Shown here in pieces: positions 1 to 8,792 of a DNA stretch of 64,000 bases. The position numbers and the translations under genes were made by a program. The number at the start of each line of letters is the position of its first letter. The stretch's first letter is position 1. Where the stretch lies: IMG/VR virus record IMGVR_UViG_3300047284_000378; one strand, 5' to 3'. The notes below the pieces were generated by a model. The model had not been told where the DNA came from, did not search any database, and saw nothing but the letters and a program-made list of their open reading frames with translations. This DNA comes from a virus.

Positions 1-484
1 TATTGATAGCCAATGGGCCTATCTCTGTCATGCCCCAATTGGTTATAAATCTAGCTCCCTGTGCCACAAATGTTCTAACGATATCCCAGGTAACTGGATC
101 TGCACCGCAGGTGATCGTGATACCATTTAGGTCTAGATTATAGAAGTTTTTGGTAGACATTATAGCTTTGGCATGTAAAGGAGTTATGTGAGTATGTGTA
201 TAGTTCTTGATATCTCTAACCCAATCATAGGCGCTGAAGGCTACAATATCTACTTTGGCTCCTATTTCCAAACCTGGTAATGTCTGAGCTAATAGACCGC
301 CTGCATGGGTGATCTTACAACAGGTATAGATACTACTATGCTTATCGATACCCTGAACCTGTCTAGCCACTGAGTTGGCTGCTTTCAATTTTTTAGGAGA
401 CTGATAGAATTCTTTGGCCGTACCGCTGGTTCCAGAACTCTGTATAGTAATTCCATTTTTTAGGATAGTTAAGTAATCGATCAT
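1..484 (-). CDS. Adenylate-forming (ANL/AMP-binding superfamily) enzyme, runs off the left edge
   Basis: Not in ORF track. Manual translation from ATG 484 (in-frame stop at 502-500): MIDYLTILKNGITIQSSGTSGTAKEF...CGADP...NWGMTEIGP, matching the A3 (TSGTTGxPK) and A5 (YGMTE) motifs. Confidence 0.75.
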   Translation of the reverse strand, partial: MIDYLTILKNGITIQSSGTSGTAKEFYQSPKKLKAANSVARQVQGIDKHSSIYTCCKITHAGGLLAQTLPGLEIGAKVDIVAFSAYDWVRDIKNYTHTHITPLHAKAIMSTKNFYNLDLNGITITCGADPVTWDIVRTFVAQGARFITNWGMTEIGPLAIN

Positions 485-522
485 GTTTGGTGCCCTAGAT
501 TAAATATTTAATGCGCATTAGG

Positions 523-551
523 TTGTTCTTATCAATTTAAGAATATATAAT
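523..551 (+). promoter_or_regulatory. sigma70-type promoter for the tRNA-like RNA
   Basis: TTGTTC(523-528)-17nt-TATAAT(546-551); predicted start about 558, the first base of the acceptor stem. Confidence 0.6.
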
Positions 552-557
552 ATCATT

Positions 558-668
558 GTGGTCGTGAGTGGAACATGGAAGACCTCCGGTCCGTTGCGAA
601 ACGCACTAGGGAATAGGGCGCCGTCTTAGACACAGCCTTTGTAGGTTCGAATCCTACCGACCACACCA
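558..668 (+). tRNA. Atypical 111-nt tRNA-Leu-like RNA with no canonical anticodon arm
   Basis: 7-bp acceptor stem GTGGTCG/CGACCAC plus A-CCA; perfect T-arm GTAGG-TTCGAAT-CCTAC; Leu-type D region GGAA..TGG.AGAC; about 55 nt between D and T arms. Confidence 0.75.
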
Positions 669-713
669 GATTCTATGATAAGTAGAATACTACTAACAAA
701 GAGGAAACATTAT

Positions 714-917
714 ATGTCAAACACAGTAGAACAACTTAAAGCACAATTTGAAGAATTCCTAGCAGAAGATGCTAAATTTTCAGGCGGAAATTCTGCAGCA
801 GGTACTCGTGCTCGTAAAGCACTTCAGGAAGTCGCCAAGTTAGTCAAGGCACGTCGTAACGAAATCACAGAAGAAAAGAACGCTCGTAAAGAAGCCAAAG
901 CCGCAGCAAAGGCCTAA
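714..917 (+). CDS. Histone H1-like (Hc1-family) small basic DNA-binding protein
   Basis: GNSAAGTRARKAL motif and K/A-rich tail; SD GAGG upstream of ATG 714. Confidence 0.7.
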   Translation: MSNTVEQLKAQFEEFLAEDAKFSGGNSAAGTRARKALQEVAKLVKARRNEITEEKNARKEAKAAAKA

Positions 918-918
918 T

Positions 919-1416
919 ATGGACGATAAGGATACCTATATCCTTAGCGGCAGCGGAACTGACAGCATCACAGTCACAGATACAGTAACCCTGGATCTTG
1001 ACTTTGGTGCTGCTCAACCTGCATTGACCTCGACGGACATACAAACTATCACACTCGATGATCTGATCACAACATCTACTATTACTTTTCCCCAAGCATC
1101 TTATTCTATCAGCGGTACTAGCATTAACAATAGTGTATATACTACAGGTACATCGGGATATACCTGGACACAGCCCTATACTCCTACTGTTAATATTGGA
1201 AATAACGGTATTGACATGGCCGCTGGCACTGACATCAAGATCGACGGTAAGAGTCTTAAAGAGTTTATGACAAAAATGGAACAACGATTATCTATTCTTG
1301 TTCCTGATCCCGAAAAATTAGAAAAGTTTGAAGCTCTTAAGAAAGCCTATGAGCATTACAAAACCATGGAAGCCTTATGCTTCCCTGAAGAGAAAGACAA
1401 AAAGAATGAATGTTAA
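919..1416 (+). CDS. Hypothetical protein (Thr/Ser-rich N-terminus, helical C-terminus)
   Basis: ORF track; tightly packed between neighbours. Confidence 0.7.
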   Translation: MDDKDTYILSGSGTDSITVTDTVTLDLDFGAAQPALTSTDIQTITLDDLITTSTITFPQASYSISGTSINNSVYTTGTSGYTWTQPYTPTVNIGNNGIDMAAGTDIKIDGKSLKEFMTKMEQRLSILVPDPEKLEKFEALKKAYEHYKTMEALCFPEEKDKKNEC

Positions 1417-2077
1417 ACTCGTATCCTATTCACAACCAACAGGCGAATTTAGAGATATGGGCATCTCAGATGCGCAGGAACTCATTGCGTATTGCGCCCG
1501 TGTGTCCAATCCATCCAACCAACTCAATACAGAGACATCAGAGAAGCTTATACGATATCTTGTTAAACACGCACACTGGAGTCCCTTGGAGATGGTTTCA
1601 GCCTGCGTCGAAATCACCACAACCAGAGATATCGCAAGACAGATCTTACGTCATAGAAGTTTCTCCTTTCAAGAGTTCAGTCAGCGATATGCTGACCCTA
1701 CTAAAGACCTCTCGTTCGTACTTCGAGAAGCACGACTTCAAGACCCAAAGAATAGACAGAACAGCGTCGAAACAGATGACGAACGCCTACAAAGAGAATG
1801 GGAACTTAGGCAAAACAATGTCATCACCGAAGCCAGACTGGCCTATGAATGGGCTATCTCTAAGGGCATAGCTAAAGAACAGGCTCGTGCAGTTCTTCCA
1901 GAGGGATTGATAGAAAGTAAACTGTATATGAACGGCACACTGCGTTCATGGGTACACTTTATCGAACTACGCTCGGCAAATGGCACACAAAAAGAACATC
2001 AGCTAGTAGCACTGGCCTGCGCCAAAGCCATCGCCGCTATCTTTCCTATGACTGAAAGTCTAATTCAAAATGGATGA
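1406..2077 (+). CDS. thyX: FAD-dependent thymidylate synthase
   Basis: RHRSFSFQEFSQRY signature, HWSPLE; start reassigned to ATG 1406. Confidence 0.95.
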   Translation: MNVKLVSYSQPTGEFRDMGISDAQELIAYCARVSNPSNQLNTETSEKLIRYLVKHAHWSPLEMVSACVEITTTRDIARQILRHRSFSFQEFSQRYADPTKDLSFVLREARLQDPKNRQNSVETDDERLQREWELRQNNVITEARLAYEWAISKGIAKEQARAVLPEGLIESKLYMNGTLRSWVHFIELRSANGTQKEHQLVALACAKAIAAIFPMTESLIQNG

Positions 2078-2453
2078 AGAACTCAAAGATTTCTGTAAGA
2101 ATTATGAAGTCCGTATCCTAAACGATCAAAAGTATAGGGCACGATATCATCCTCCTAAATTTTTTACAATCCCCGAACGTGCTGACATCATTCGCAATGA
2201 TATTGTTGAGTTTGAACGAGAAAGAGTATTCACTTTAGAAATACCCGAAGGTAGAATGCGATCATTGATAGAAATGGAACGACGTTTTTACAAATGGCAG
2301 CGCCATAGTCCGGGCGAGATTGATATGTTCGAAACTCTAATGAACAAAGAGCGGGAAGAAGCATACTATCGTAATACCAGTCCTGCTGTCCAAAAAGCCT
2401 ACGAGCAATACTCGATCATGCTCAATCTAGCTGGTTACCAAAAGAAATTTTGA
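2070..2453 (+). CDS. Hypothetical protein
   Basis: ORF track; overlaps thyX stop. Confidence 0.7.
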   Translation: MDEELKDFCKNYEVRILNDQKYRARYHPPKFFTIPERADIIRNDIVEFERERVFTLEIPEGRMRSLIEMERRFYKWQRHSPGEIDMFETLMNKEREEAYYRNTSPAVQKAYEQYSIMLNLAGYQKKF

Positions 2454-2470
2454 TTCGAAATTGATATATC

Positions 2471-2499
2471 TTGACAGGTTTTTAGAAATCTCGTATAAT
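2471..2499 (+). promoter_or_regulatory. Consensus sigma70 (early) promoter
   Basis: TTGACA(2471-2476)-17nt-TATAAT(2494-2499). Confidence 0.85.
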
Positions 2500-2526
2500 T
2501 AATGTGTTCGACAGAAAGAAAATCAT

Positions 2527-3342
2527 ATGAGAAATTATTGGACTTGCTCAAAATTCGCAGATTGGATCCGCGGCACTACTAAACTGAAGTGTGGTACTGG
2601 CAAAGAATGGCGTGAATGGGAAGAGGCCGCTAAGGCCAAATACCCAATCCGCTGGTGGCTGGCTGAAGAAGGTTTGGACAAAATTCAAGATGTTTGGTGC
2701 TATATTCCAGAAAGGATCAACGATGTTCGCTACTATATCAACAATCGTTGGGTTACCCGTACTCATGCTCTTACTGCCCATCCTAGGGACATTCCTCGTG
2801 GCCAATGGCGTGATGTAGGAAATCGTTTTCTTCCTTGTCTTTTTAATGAGCTTGTGGATTTCATCGAAATAGAACAAGCATGGCATCACTGTCTTTGGGA
2901 TAACGAAGCCCGTAAAAAATACAACTATCCTTGGTGGCGCCGCTGGTATCGCCAATGGCGTTGCCCAGAAGCAGGTATTGCCTACCTTAATTGGGCAATG
3001 ACCTTGACCAACGAAGAGTTTTTAGACGAGGGCGAGAAGCACAAAGCAGAACCTACATATCAAGCCAAAGCTGCTCGTGAAATGTTAGAACTCTATACGT
3101 GGTGGAAGGAAGTCTATCCAAATCGTCCCGATGTACACGATGCTAGTGGTTGGACTGCCTACTGTGAAATGCGCAGAGAAAAAGGCTACAAGTTCTTTGA
3201 CATGGAAGATAAGACTCCTGAAGAAGCAGAACAGTGCCGTACTGCTCTAGATAAAAGCCACGAAATCGAAAAGGCCTATAATGACGAAGACGAAGCTATG
3301 ATGATTCGTCTAATTAAAATCCGAGAGAGTCTATGGACCTAA
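2527..3342 (+). CDS. Trp-rich hypothetical phage protein
   Basis: 271-aa ORF directly after the promoter. Confidence 0.75.
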   Translation: MRNYWTCSKFADWIRGTTKLKCGTGKEWREWEEAAKAKYPIRWWLAEEGLDKIQDVWCYIPERINDVRYYINNRWVTRTHALTAHPRDIPRGQWRDVGNRFLPCLFNELVDFIEIEQAWHHCLWDNEARKKYNYPWWRRWYRQWRCPEAGIAYLNWAMTLTNEEFLDEGEKHKAEPTYQAKAAREMLELYTWWKEVYPNRPDVHDASGWTAYCEMRREKGYKFFDMEDKTPEEAEQCRTALDKSHEIEKAYNDEDEAMMIRLIKIRESLWT

Positions 3343-3554
3343 CCGAAAAAACCGGTAACAGTGTAGAAGATCTTTACTCTAAATATCTGCAATTTACAGG
3401 AATCATGCTAGAAGATTATGATGCTATGGAGGTAGCTGCCATCATGGCTGCACAGGCATTAAGCCTTTATAAGACCTGCATGAGCGAAGAAGATTATCAA
3501 AAAATGGTAGAAAGTATCTACGATAATAGAAACGAGGTAAAAACTTTTGGATAA
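3333..3554 (+). CDS. Hypothetical protein
   Basis: ORF track; operon-like overlaps. Confidence 0.65.
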   Translation: MDLTEKTGNSVEDLYSKYLQFTGIMLEDYDAMEVAAIMAAQALSLYKTCMSEEDYQKMVESIYDNRNEVKTFG

Positions 3555-3951
3555 AATGAAATCACAAACTCCGGCAGAAGGTATTTTGAAAAAGGACGAC
3601 TGGGGTGACGCTAAGACATATCATGTGGTCTGCGACTGCGGTGCCGATGATCACACTCATAATCTTTGGGTAGAAGCGGACGATTTGGGTATCACTGTGA
3701 CCATTTATGCAACTGTTAAAAGTCCTTGGTGGTCTATGAATCGTTGGAAACAGATCTGGACTCTGATCACCAAAGGTTATCTCGAACATCAAACAGTACT
3801 AACAATCAATCAACAGTCTGCACTCAATTATGCAGAAACTCTTAAAACCGCAATCAAAGACGTAGAAATTTTTAGACAACAAAGATTATCTAAAAAAGAT
3901 ATTGCCAACCAGGTAGCCGCAAAATTAGCTCAACAATCTGACTGTGTATGA
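3547..3951 (+). CDS. Hypothetical protein
   Basis: ORF track; operon-like overlaps. Confidence 0.7.
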   Translation: MDKMKSQTPAEGILKKDDWGDAKTYHVVCDCGADDHTHNLWVEADDLGITVTIYATVKSPWWSMNRWKQIWTLITKGYLEHQTVLTINQQSALNYAETLKTAIKDVEIFRQQRLSKKDIANQVAAKLAQQSDCV

Positions 3952-4493
3952 CTAAAGTTTCAAAAAGCCCCCAAAGGCATACTTTCCAAAAAGAAGGTTA
4001 TGTCAAGCGTCAGGCTGAAAAAGGCGAACCCGTCAACGAGGATTATCTAGATTTTTTTGAGAGCTCTCTCAACCAATATGATGCTAGATTTGACGATCCT
4101 CAAAAGCGCATCAACAATATGGAGTACGATCTCCTAACCACCGATTGGATCTTGGAGAAAGTTCGTACCGATAATTACTATGCCCAAAATTTATATGCGG
4201 CTATGTGCAATAACGGATTTATTAAATTGGAAGTCATTCCTGTGCTCAAAGGTGAGGAATGGGGTTGCAGTTGGCGCTATGCCGGCGGCATAATTGCAGA
4301 CATGCAACAACAGGGAGATTACATCGATTGGTATTGTTCGGGTATTCGAAACGATGGTTATCATAGCGAGTTAGATACCATATCTCCAGAACGATATGTA
4401 CCAGAAGGTTGTATTACCGACGAGATCCGGACAGATCTCCAACGTCTCGGTTGGGCAGTGGCGCCTGGTGGAGATTGGGAAAATTTTAAATAA
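3948..4493 (+). CDS. Hypothetical phage protein
   Basis: ORF track; ATGA overlap. Confidence 0.7.
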   Translation: MTKVSKSPQRHTFQKEGYVKRQAEKGEPVNEDYLDFFESSLNQYDARFDDPQKRINNMEYDLLTTDWILEKVRTDNYYAQNLYAAMCNNGFIKLEVIPVLKGEEWGCSWRYAGGIIADMQQQGDYIDWYCSGIRNDGYHSELDTISPERYVPEGCITDEIRTDLQRLGWAVAPGGDWENFK

Positions 4494-4518
4494 CCTGATA
4501 GGAGAAAAGTAAAACAAA

Positions 4519-4710
4519 ATGACCTGGGAACTTTATGAGGTCTGGTCCGAAGATTCTGAGGGCCATGAAGAGCTTATTGATACTACCAAGAGCCGAAAAG
4601 AAGCCTTACATTTGGCTAGAAAAGCCCTAAATGAGGGGGCAGATGTAGCCAAAGTCTTTAGAGAGTCCGACGACGGCGACTACGAAGAAATTGAACGGTT
4701 GACATCATGA
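4519..4710 (+). CDS. Small acidic hypothetical protein
   Basis: ORF with AGGAG SD upstream. Confidence 0.65.
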   Translation: MTWELYEVWSEDSEGHEELIDTTKSRKEALHLARKALNEGADVAKVFRESDDGDYEEIERLTS

Positions 4711-4727
4711 TCATTTGGTGCTATAAT
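4699..4727 (+). promoter_or_regulatory. Consensus sigma70 promoter with extended -10
   Basis: TTGACA(4699-4704)-17nt-TG.TATAAT(4722-4727). Confidence 0.85.
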
Positions 4728-4759
4728 AGATACATACAGTTAATTCATAGGAGCAACTA

Positions 4760-5944
4760 ATGGCTAAGGCAGCAACCAAAACTCGTGTTACTAAGAAGCA
4801 TGTAGCCGAGCATCGTTCAGCATCTAAGCGCGATCTAAGTCCGAAATGGGACGGTCAAGAATCGTGGAGTGCTGATCAGTTCAGTCGCCATTTTAGAATT
4901 TCCATGGAATACTACAGGATCGAAAGCAGCGGCAAAGATCTCAAGCCTAAGGTTATCAATTGGATGTCTGTGAATGGATATACCAAAGATCAAATCAAAG
5001 CATTCAAAGACACTAAAGATTTTCGCTGTAATCTAACCATGGGTGCTATCGCTGCTAATTTGCTTCGAGGTATGCCTCCTGTACGAGCAGACTTCAACGA
5101 AGGTCGTAATACCGCAGATTGGTTGGGTCAAGCCATTCGAAAGGTCATCGATGAAGGCAAAGACGACTTTGAACCCGAAGTTGTTGAAGAAGCTCCAACC
5201 GTCCCAGTAATGTCAATCCAGGATCGTGTACGTGAAGCCACTTTTGGAATGACTGAAGAGATCGAAGATACACTGGAATCTTTTGTCAAAGATCCCGAAT
5301 CATTTGATCCTAAAGCGTTCAAGTTGTTAAACCTTCTACGAGGTAAACAGGCCAAAGCCGCTCATGCTCGTATTATCAAAGACTTCTATCAGCGTCAATA
5401 CAACGAGTATCTCGAACTGCAAGAAGGCAAGTGCGATCAACTCAAAGAAGCCTACAGTCATTTGACCAAAGTTCAAGTAAAGAAAATCATTACGTTTTAT
5501 CAGGAAATCCTTTCAGCCTGCGATATGCTGATGCAGGAAGCTAAGATCAATCGCAAGCCTCGTGCTAAGAAGTCTAAGCCCGTGGAAAAGATCGTTGAAA
5601 AGCTCAAGTATATGAAGCAAGACGACAAGCTCAAGCTAGTCTCTATCAGTCCCGCAGATATCGTAGGTGCTAAAGAACTGTGGGTTTTCAATGTTAAAAC
5701 TCGCAAGTTGGGCAAGTATGTGACCGGAGAGTTCAACGAGCTAGGCGTTAAGGGTACCAGTATCACAGGCTACGATGAGCACAAGAGTGTACAAAAGACC
5801 CTGCGTAAGCCCGAAGAGCAGCTCAAAGAGTTCAAGGCTGCGGGCAAAGTGGCTCTGCGCAAGTTCCTCGAGGACATTAAAGCAGTAGATATCAAGCTCA
5901 ACGGTCGTATCAACGAAGATACGATACTGCTAAAGGTAGCCTGA
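4760..5944 (+). CDS. Conserved T4-like phage protein of unknown function
   Basis: 394 aa, strong SD (AGGAG), basic C-terminal domain (WVFNVKTRKL, KTLRKPEEQL). Confidence 0.75.
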   Translation: MAKAATKTRVTKKHVAEHRSASKRDLSPKWDGQESWSADQFSRHFRISMEYYRIESSGKDLKPKVINWMSVNGYTKDQIKAFKDTKDFRCNLTMGAIAANLLRGMPPVRADFNEGRNTADWLGQAIRKVIDEGKDDFEPEVVEEAPTVPVMSIQDRVREATFGMTEEIEDTLESFVKDPESFDPKAFKLLNLLRGKQAKAAHARIIKDFYQRQYNEYLELQEGKCDQLKEAYSHLTKVQVKKIITFYQEILSACDMLMQEAKINRKPRAKKSKPVEKIVEKLKYMKQDDKLKLVSISPADIVGAKELWVFNVKTRKLGKYVTGEFNELGVKGTSITGYDEHKSVQKTLRKPEEQLKEFKAAGKVALRKFLEDIKAVDIKLNGRINEDTILLKVA

Positions 5945-5974
5945 TATTTGTTTTAGAGTTTGATAAATAATGGT

Positions 5975-6850
5975 ATGAACAATACCAACATAGATCAAAC
6001 TCTAAACGACCTCAACAAAGTACTCAAAGACCTTGTAGAAGCCGCACACCAACCGGTAGCACAAGAAGTTACGCAATTCTTAGAATTCCGTGCTAAAAAA
6101 GGTTCAGGCAATTCGGGCAAAGGTATAATCTGGAGTGGTCAGGGTCATACTAAACAGTTCGTTTACAACGAAGAACCAGATAGATTTTTCTCTTCTGAGT
6201 CCATAGAACTAGACAAAGATAAGAACATATCTATAGCGGGCGTCAAAGTTCTAGACAGCAAAGAACTAGGTTCCGGAATCACAAAAAGTAATCTGCAGAC
6301 TGTTGGCAGACTAAAAGGTCTGATCGTCGACGGCTCTGTCAACATCAATCAATATCTGATCTATAATGGTTCTGTTGATCGTCTTGGACTAGGCACCGAA
6401 GCTCCTAATGCTGCTCTATCTGTAGCAGAAATGGGCATCGAAGTTATGGTAGGAACCACCGACGACCTTCAGGGTATGGTAGGTACCTTTGCTTCGACGG
6501 ATTTTAATATCGTCACTGACAACACTTCTCGTATCGCTGTCAAGGCCAACGGTAATATTGATCTGGGTAATCCAAATAGAAATCCCATACAGGTTAAAAT
6601 AAATGGCAAACTAAGCATCGGCGTGCAAGTGCCAGATCCTGCTGTTGATCTACATGTTGCAGGTCCTGTAAGATTTAACGGTCACATACAGATGTATGCA
6701 TCTGCACCGCCACAGAGCGGAACCTATGCTGTAGGAGATATGATCTGGAATGAGTCTCCAAGAGTTGGTGCAAACATAGGTTGGGTATGTCTAAGAGCAG
6801 GCAGTCCGGGTGCATGGTATCCGTTCGGAGAAATCAAAGAGCGAGGCTAA
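5975..6850 (+). CDS. Late beta-rich protein, probably structural
   Basis: TAAATA at 5964-5969 five nt before ATG; Gly-rich beta repeats. Confidence 0.6.
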   Translation: MNNTNIDQTLNDLNKVLKDLVEAAHQPVAQEVTQFLEFRAKKGSGNSGKGIIWSGQGHTKQFVYNEEPDRFFSSESIELDKDKNISIAGVKVLDSKELGSGITKSNLQTVGRLKGLIVDGSVNINQYLIYNGSVDRLGLGTEAPNAALSVAEMGIEVMVGTTDDLQGMVGTFASTDFNIVTDNTSRIAVKANGNIDLGNPNRNPIQVKINGKLSIGVQVPDPAVDLHVAGPVRFNGHIQMYASAPPQSGTYAVGDMIWNESPRVGANIGWVCLRAGSPGAWYPFGEIKERG

Positions 6851-6851
6851 A

Positions 6852-7442
6852 TTGTCTGCGCTGGTAATAGGCAACGGCGAAAGTCGCTCGTCTTTGGATC
6901 TAATCGAATTATCTAAAAACAAAATAACGATCGGTTGCAATGCTCTGCACAGAGATTTTGTCACAGATCATCTCGTCTGCTGCGATGCTCGCATGGTCAG
7001 AGAAGCTCTATCTAATCCCAAAACTTCAAGGTCCAAAATCTACGTTAGAGATTCTTGGTACGCTACCTTTAGAAAGATACAGAAGAATAAGAACATTTTT
7101 CTCTTGCCAGAGCTTCCATATCAAGGAAGCCTAAGACCTGATAATCCCACACATTGGGGTAGTGGCAGCTATGCTGTTCTGGTATCTGCATCGCTATGCG
7201 AAGATGTTACTCTGATAGGTTTCGATCTCTACGGCAGGCAAGGTCAAGTGAATAACATATATAAAAACACAGAAAACTATGCCAAGGAAGAATCAGCTGC
7301 TATAGATCATAGCTACTGGGTTTACCAGATATCAAAAGTATTTGACTGTTTCCCAAACACTAGGTTTAAAATCTTAAATCATCATTATTGGTGCATGCCC
7401 GAAGAATGGCAAAAAAATAATGTTGAATTTGTTGCATTATAA
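6852..7442 (+). CDS. Rossmann-like sugar/pyrophospho-transferase-type protein (MptE/MAF_flag10/GT29-like)
   Basis: LVIGNGESR, IGCNA, LIGFDL motifs; probable TTG start at 6852 (track start 6810). Confidence 0.5.
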   Translation: MSALVIGNGESRSSLDLIELSKNKITIGCNALHRDFVTDHLVCCDARMVREALSNPKTSRSKIYVRDSWYATFRKIQKNKNIFLLPELPYQGSLRPDNPTHWGSGSYAVLVSASLCEDVTLIGFDLYGRQGQVNNIYKNTENYAKEESAAIDHSYWVYQISKVFDCFPNTRFKILNHHYWCMPEEWQKNNVEFVAL

Positions 7443-7460
7443 ATACTCTCACAGTATAAT
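7432..7460 (+). promoter_or_regulatory. Dual promoter (sigma70 plus T4-like late) for queD
   Basis: TTGCAT(7432-7437)-17nt-TATAAT(7455-7460) with TATAAATA (7438-7445) in the spacer. Confidence 0.65.
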
Positions 7461-7481
7461 ATACACTTACACACAGAGCAC

Positions 7482-7559
7482 AGCGGTCTCCAATGGCATT
7501 CAACCCGCTATATAAATTCTGCATGTCATCAAACTTACTCGCTTATTTTTACAGGAGGC
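7482..7559 (+). ncRNA. Candidate preQ1-I-like riboswitch/pseudoknot in the queD leader
   Basis: P1 AGCGG(7482-86)/CCGCT(7505-09), loop starts UC and ends AAC, A-rich tail; loop ATGGCA can pair with TGTCAT(7524-29), and GTCTCC with SD GGAGGC(7554-59). Confidence 0.4.
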
Positions 7560-7564
7560 AAGAG

Positions 7565-8107
7565 ATGGCGAAATATTACTCAACAAAAACTTACGGCAAC
7601 GATAGAGGTCTTAGTTGTTGCTTTAGACAATGGCGTGCCACACACAGCCATTGTTCACTGCTACATGGTTACTCAATTGGTATCAAACTTGTGTTCGAAT
7701 GCGACACACTAGATGAAAAGAATTGGGGCATGGATTTCGGTGGACTAAAAGATTTCAAAGCATGGGCAGACTATATGTTTGATCATACCACAGTGATCGC
7801 TGAAGATGATCCACTATTACCTAGATTCAAAGAGATGGCCGGCTGGAGCAGTGATCCAGAGCATGATGGAAATCCGGAACGTGTACAAACTGAACCTTTC
7901 CATCGCAAGGGTGTCTGTGATCTACGCATCGTAGAAGGTGTTGGCTGCGAACTGTTTGCTAAGATGTGCTATGATAAGATGGATTGGCTGCTGAAGAACG
8001 GTAATCACCGTTATCCGCTTAATCCAACTGTGCGTATCAAATCTGCAGAAGTATTTGAACACGCAGGCAACTCTGCAATTTATCAAGTGGATTGGAATCT
8101 TGATTAA
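7565..8107 (+). CDS. queD: 6-carboxy-5,6,7,8-tetrahydropterin synthase (PTPS/QueD family)
   Basis: HCSLLHGY, DFGGLK, FDHT, E-GNSA motifs; SD GGAGG before ATG 7565; metal site is a variant (HGY). Confidence 0.85.
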   Translation: MAKYYSTKTYGNDRGLSCCFRQWRATHSHCSLLHGYSIGIKLVFECDTLDEKNWGMDFGGLKDFKAWADYMFDHTTVIAEDDPLLPRFKEMAGWSSDPEHDGNPERVQTEPFHRKGVCDLRIVEGVGCELFAKMCYDKMDWLLKNGNHRYPLNPTVRIKSAEVFEHAGNSAIYQVDWNLD

Positions 8108-8792
8108 TGTAATCTGTGTTCGATTAGGTAACAAATACGGCAGAGACTATGTAGAAAAACTACGTAACATGGTTTCTAGGCATCTCACTCTGCCGTATCG
8201 ATTTAATTGTCTCACAGATGATCAGCATCCCATAGACGGTGTCAATATCGTATACCTTCCAAGCCAAGGATATAAAAAACTATGGTGGCATAAGGTACAT
8301 CTGTTTGACCCGTCTCTTAATCTAGAAGGTAGGATACTATACTTCGATCTAGATGTTATCATCCATGATAATATCAATAAATTAGTAGAAAACTACAAAG
8401 ACGAATTCCTAGGCATTAGAGATTTCAATAGAAAATTCAATCCACAATGGAACATGTTGAACAGTTCTGTCATGAGTTGGAATGCTGGCCGACACCCTGA
8501 CATTTTTACAGTTTTCAAAGATGATCTTAATAGAGCACAACGACTACACGGAGATCAAGATTGGATATGGCAGATAGCTAAGAATCGAATTAAATTTTGG
8601 CCTGAATTATGGATCCAAAGCTATAAATGGGAAATACGGGATCGAAACGAGCTGGCCTACGAAGGCGGTAAGAGATTTTTCAAAACAGTGAAGAATGTAA
8701 AGATTCCTCAGGACTGTAGTGTCTGTGTATTCCATGGTGATCCAAATCCTCACGATATACAAGATCCTTATGTACTTGACAACTGGCGCTAA
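8100..8792 (+). CDS. GT-A fold glycosyltransferase
   Basis: YFDLDV (DxD), NSSVM, GDQDWI, VFHG.P.P motifs; TTG start overlapping the queD stop. Confidence 0.75.
   Translation: MINVICVRLGNKYGRDYVEKLRNMVSRHLTLPYRFNCLTDDQHPIDGVNIVYLPSQGYKKLWWHKVHLFDPSLNLEGRILYFDLDVIIHDNINKLVENYKDEFLGIRDFNRKFNPQWNMLNSSVMSWNAGRHPDIFTVFKDDLNRAQRLHGDQDWIWQIAKNRIKFWPELWIQSYKWEIRDRNELAYEGGKRFFKTVKNVKIPQDCSVCVFHGDPNPHDIQDPYVLDNWR

Noticed and set aside
558-668. tmRNA or standard suppressor tRNA
   Set aside because: No G3:U70 alanine identity, no tag reading frame, too short for tmRNA, and no canonical anticodon loop presenting CUA or UCA.
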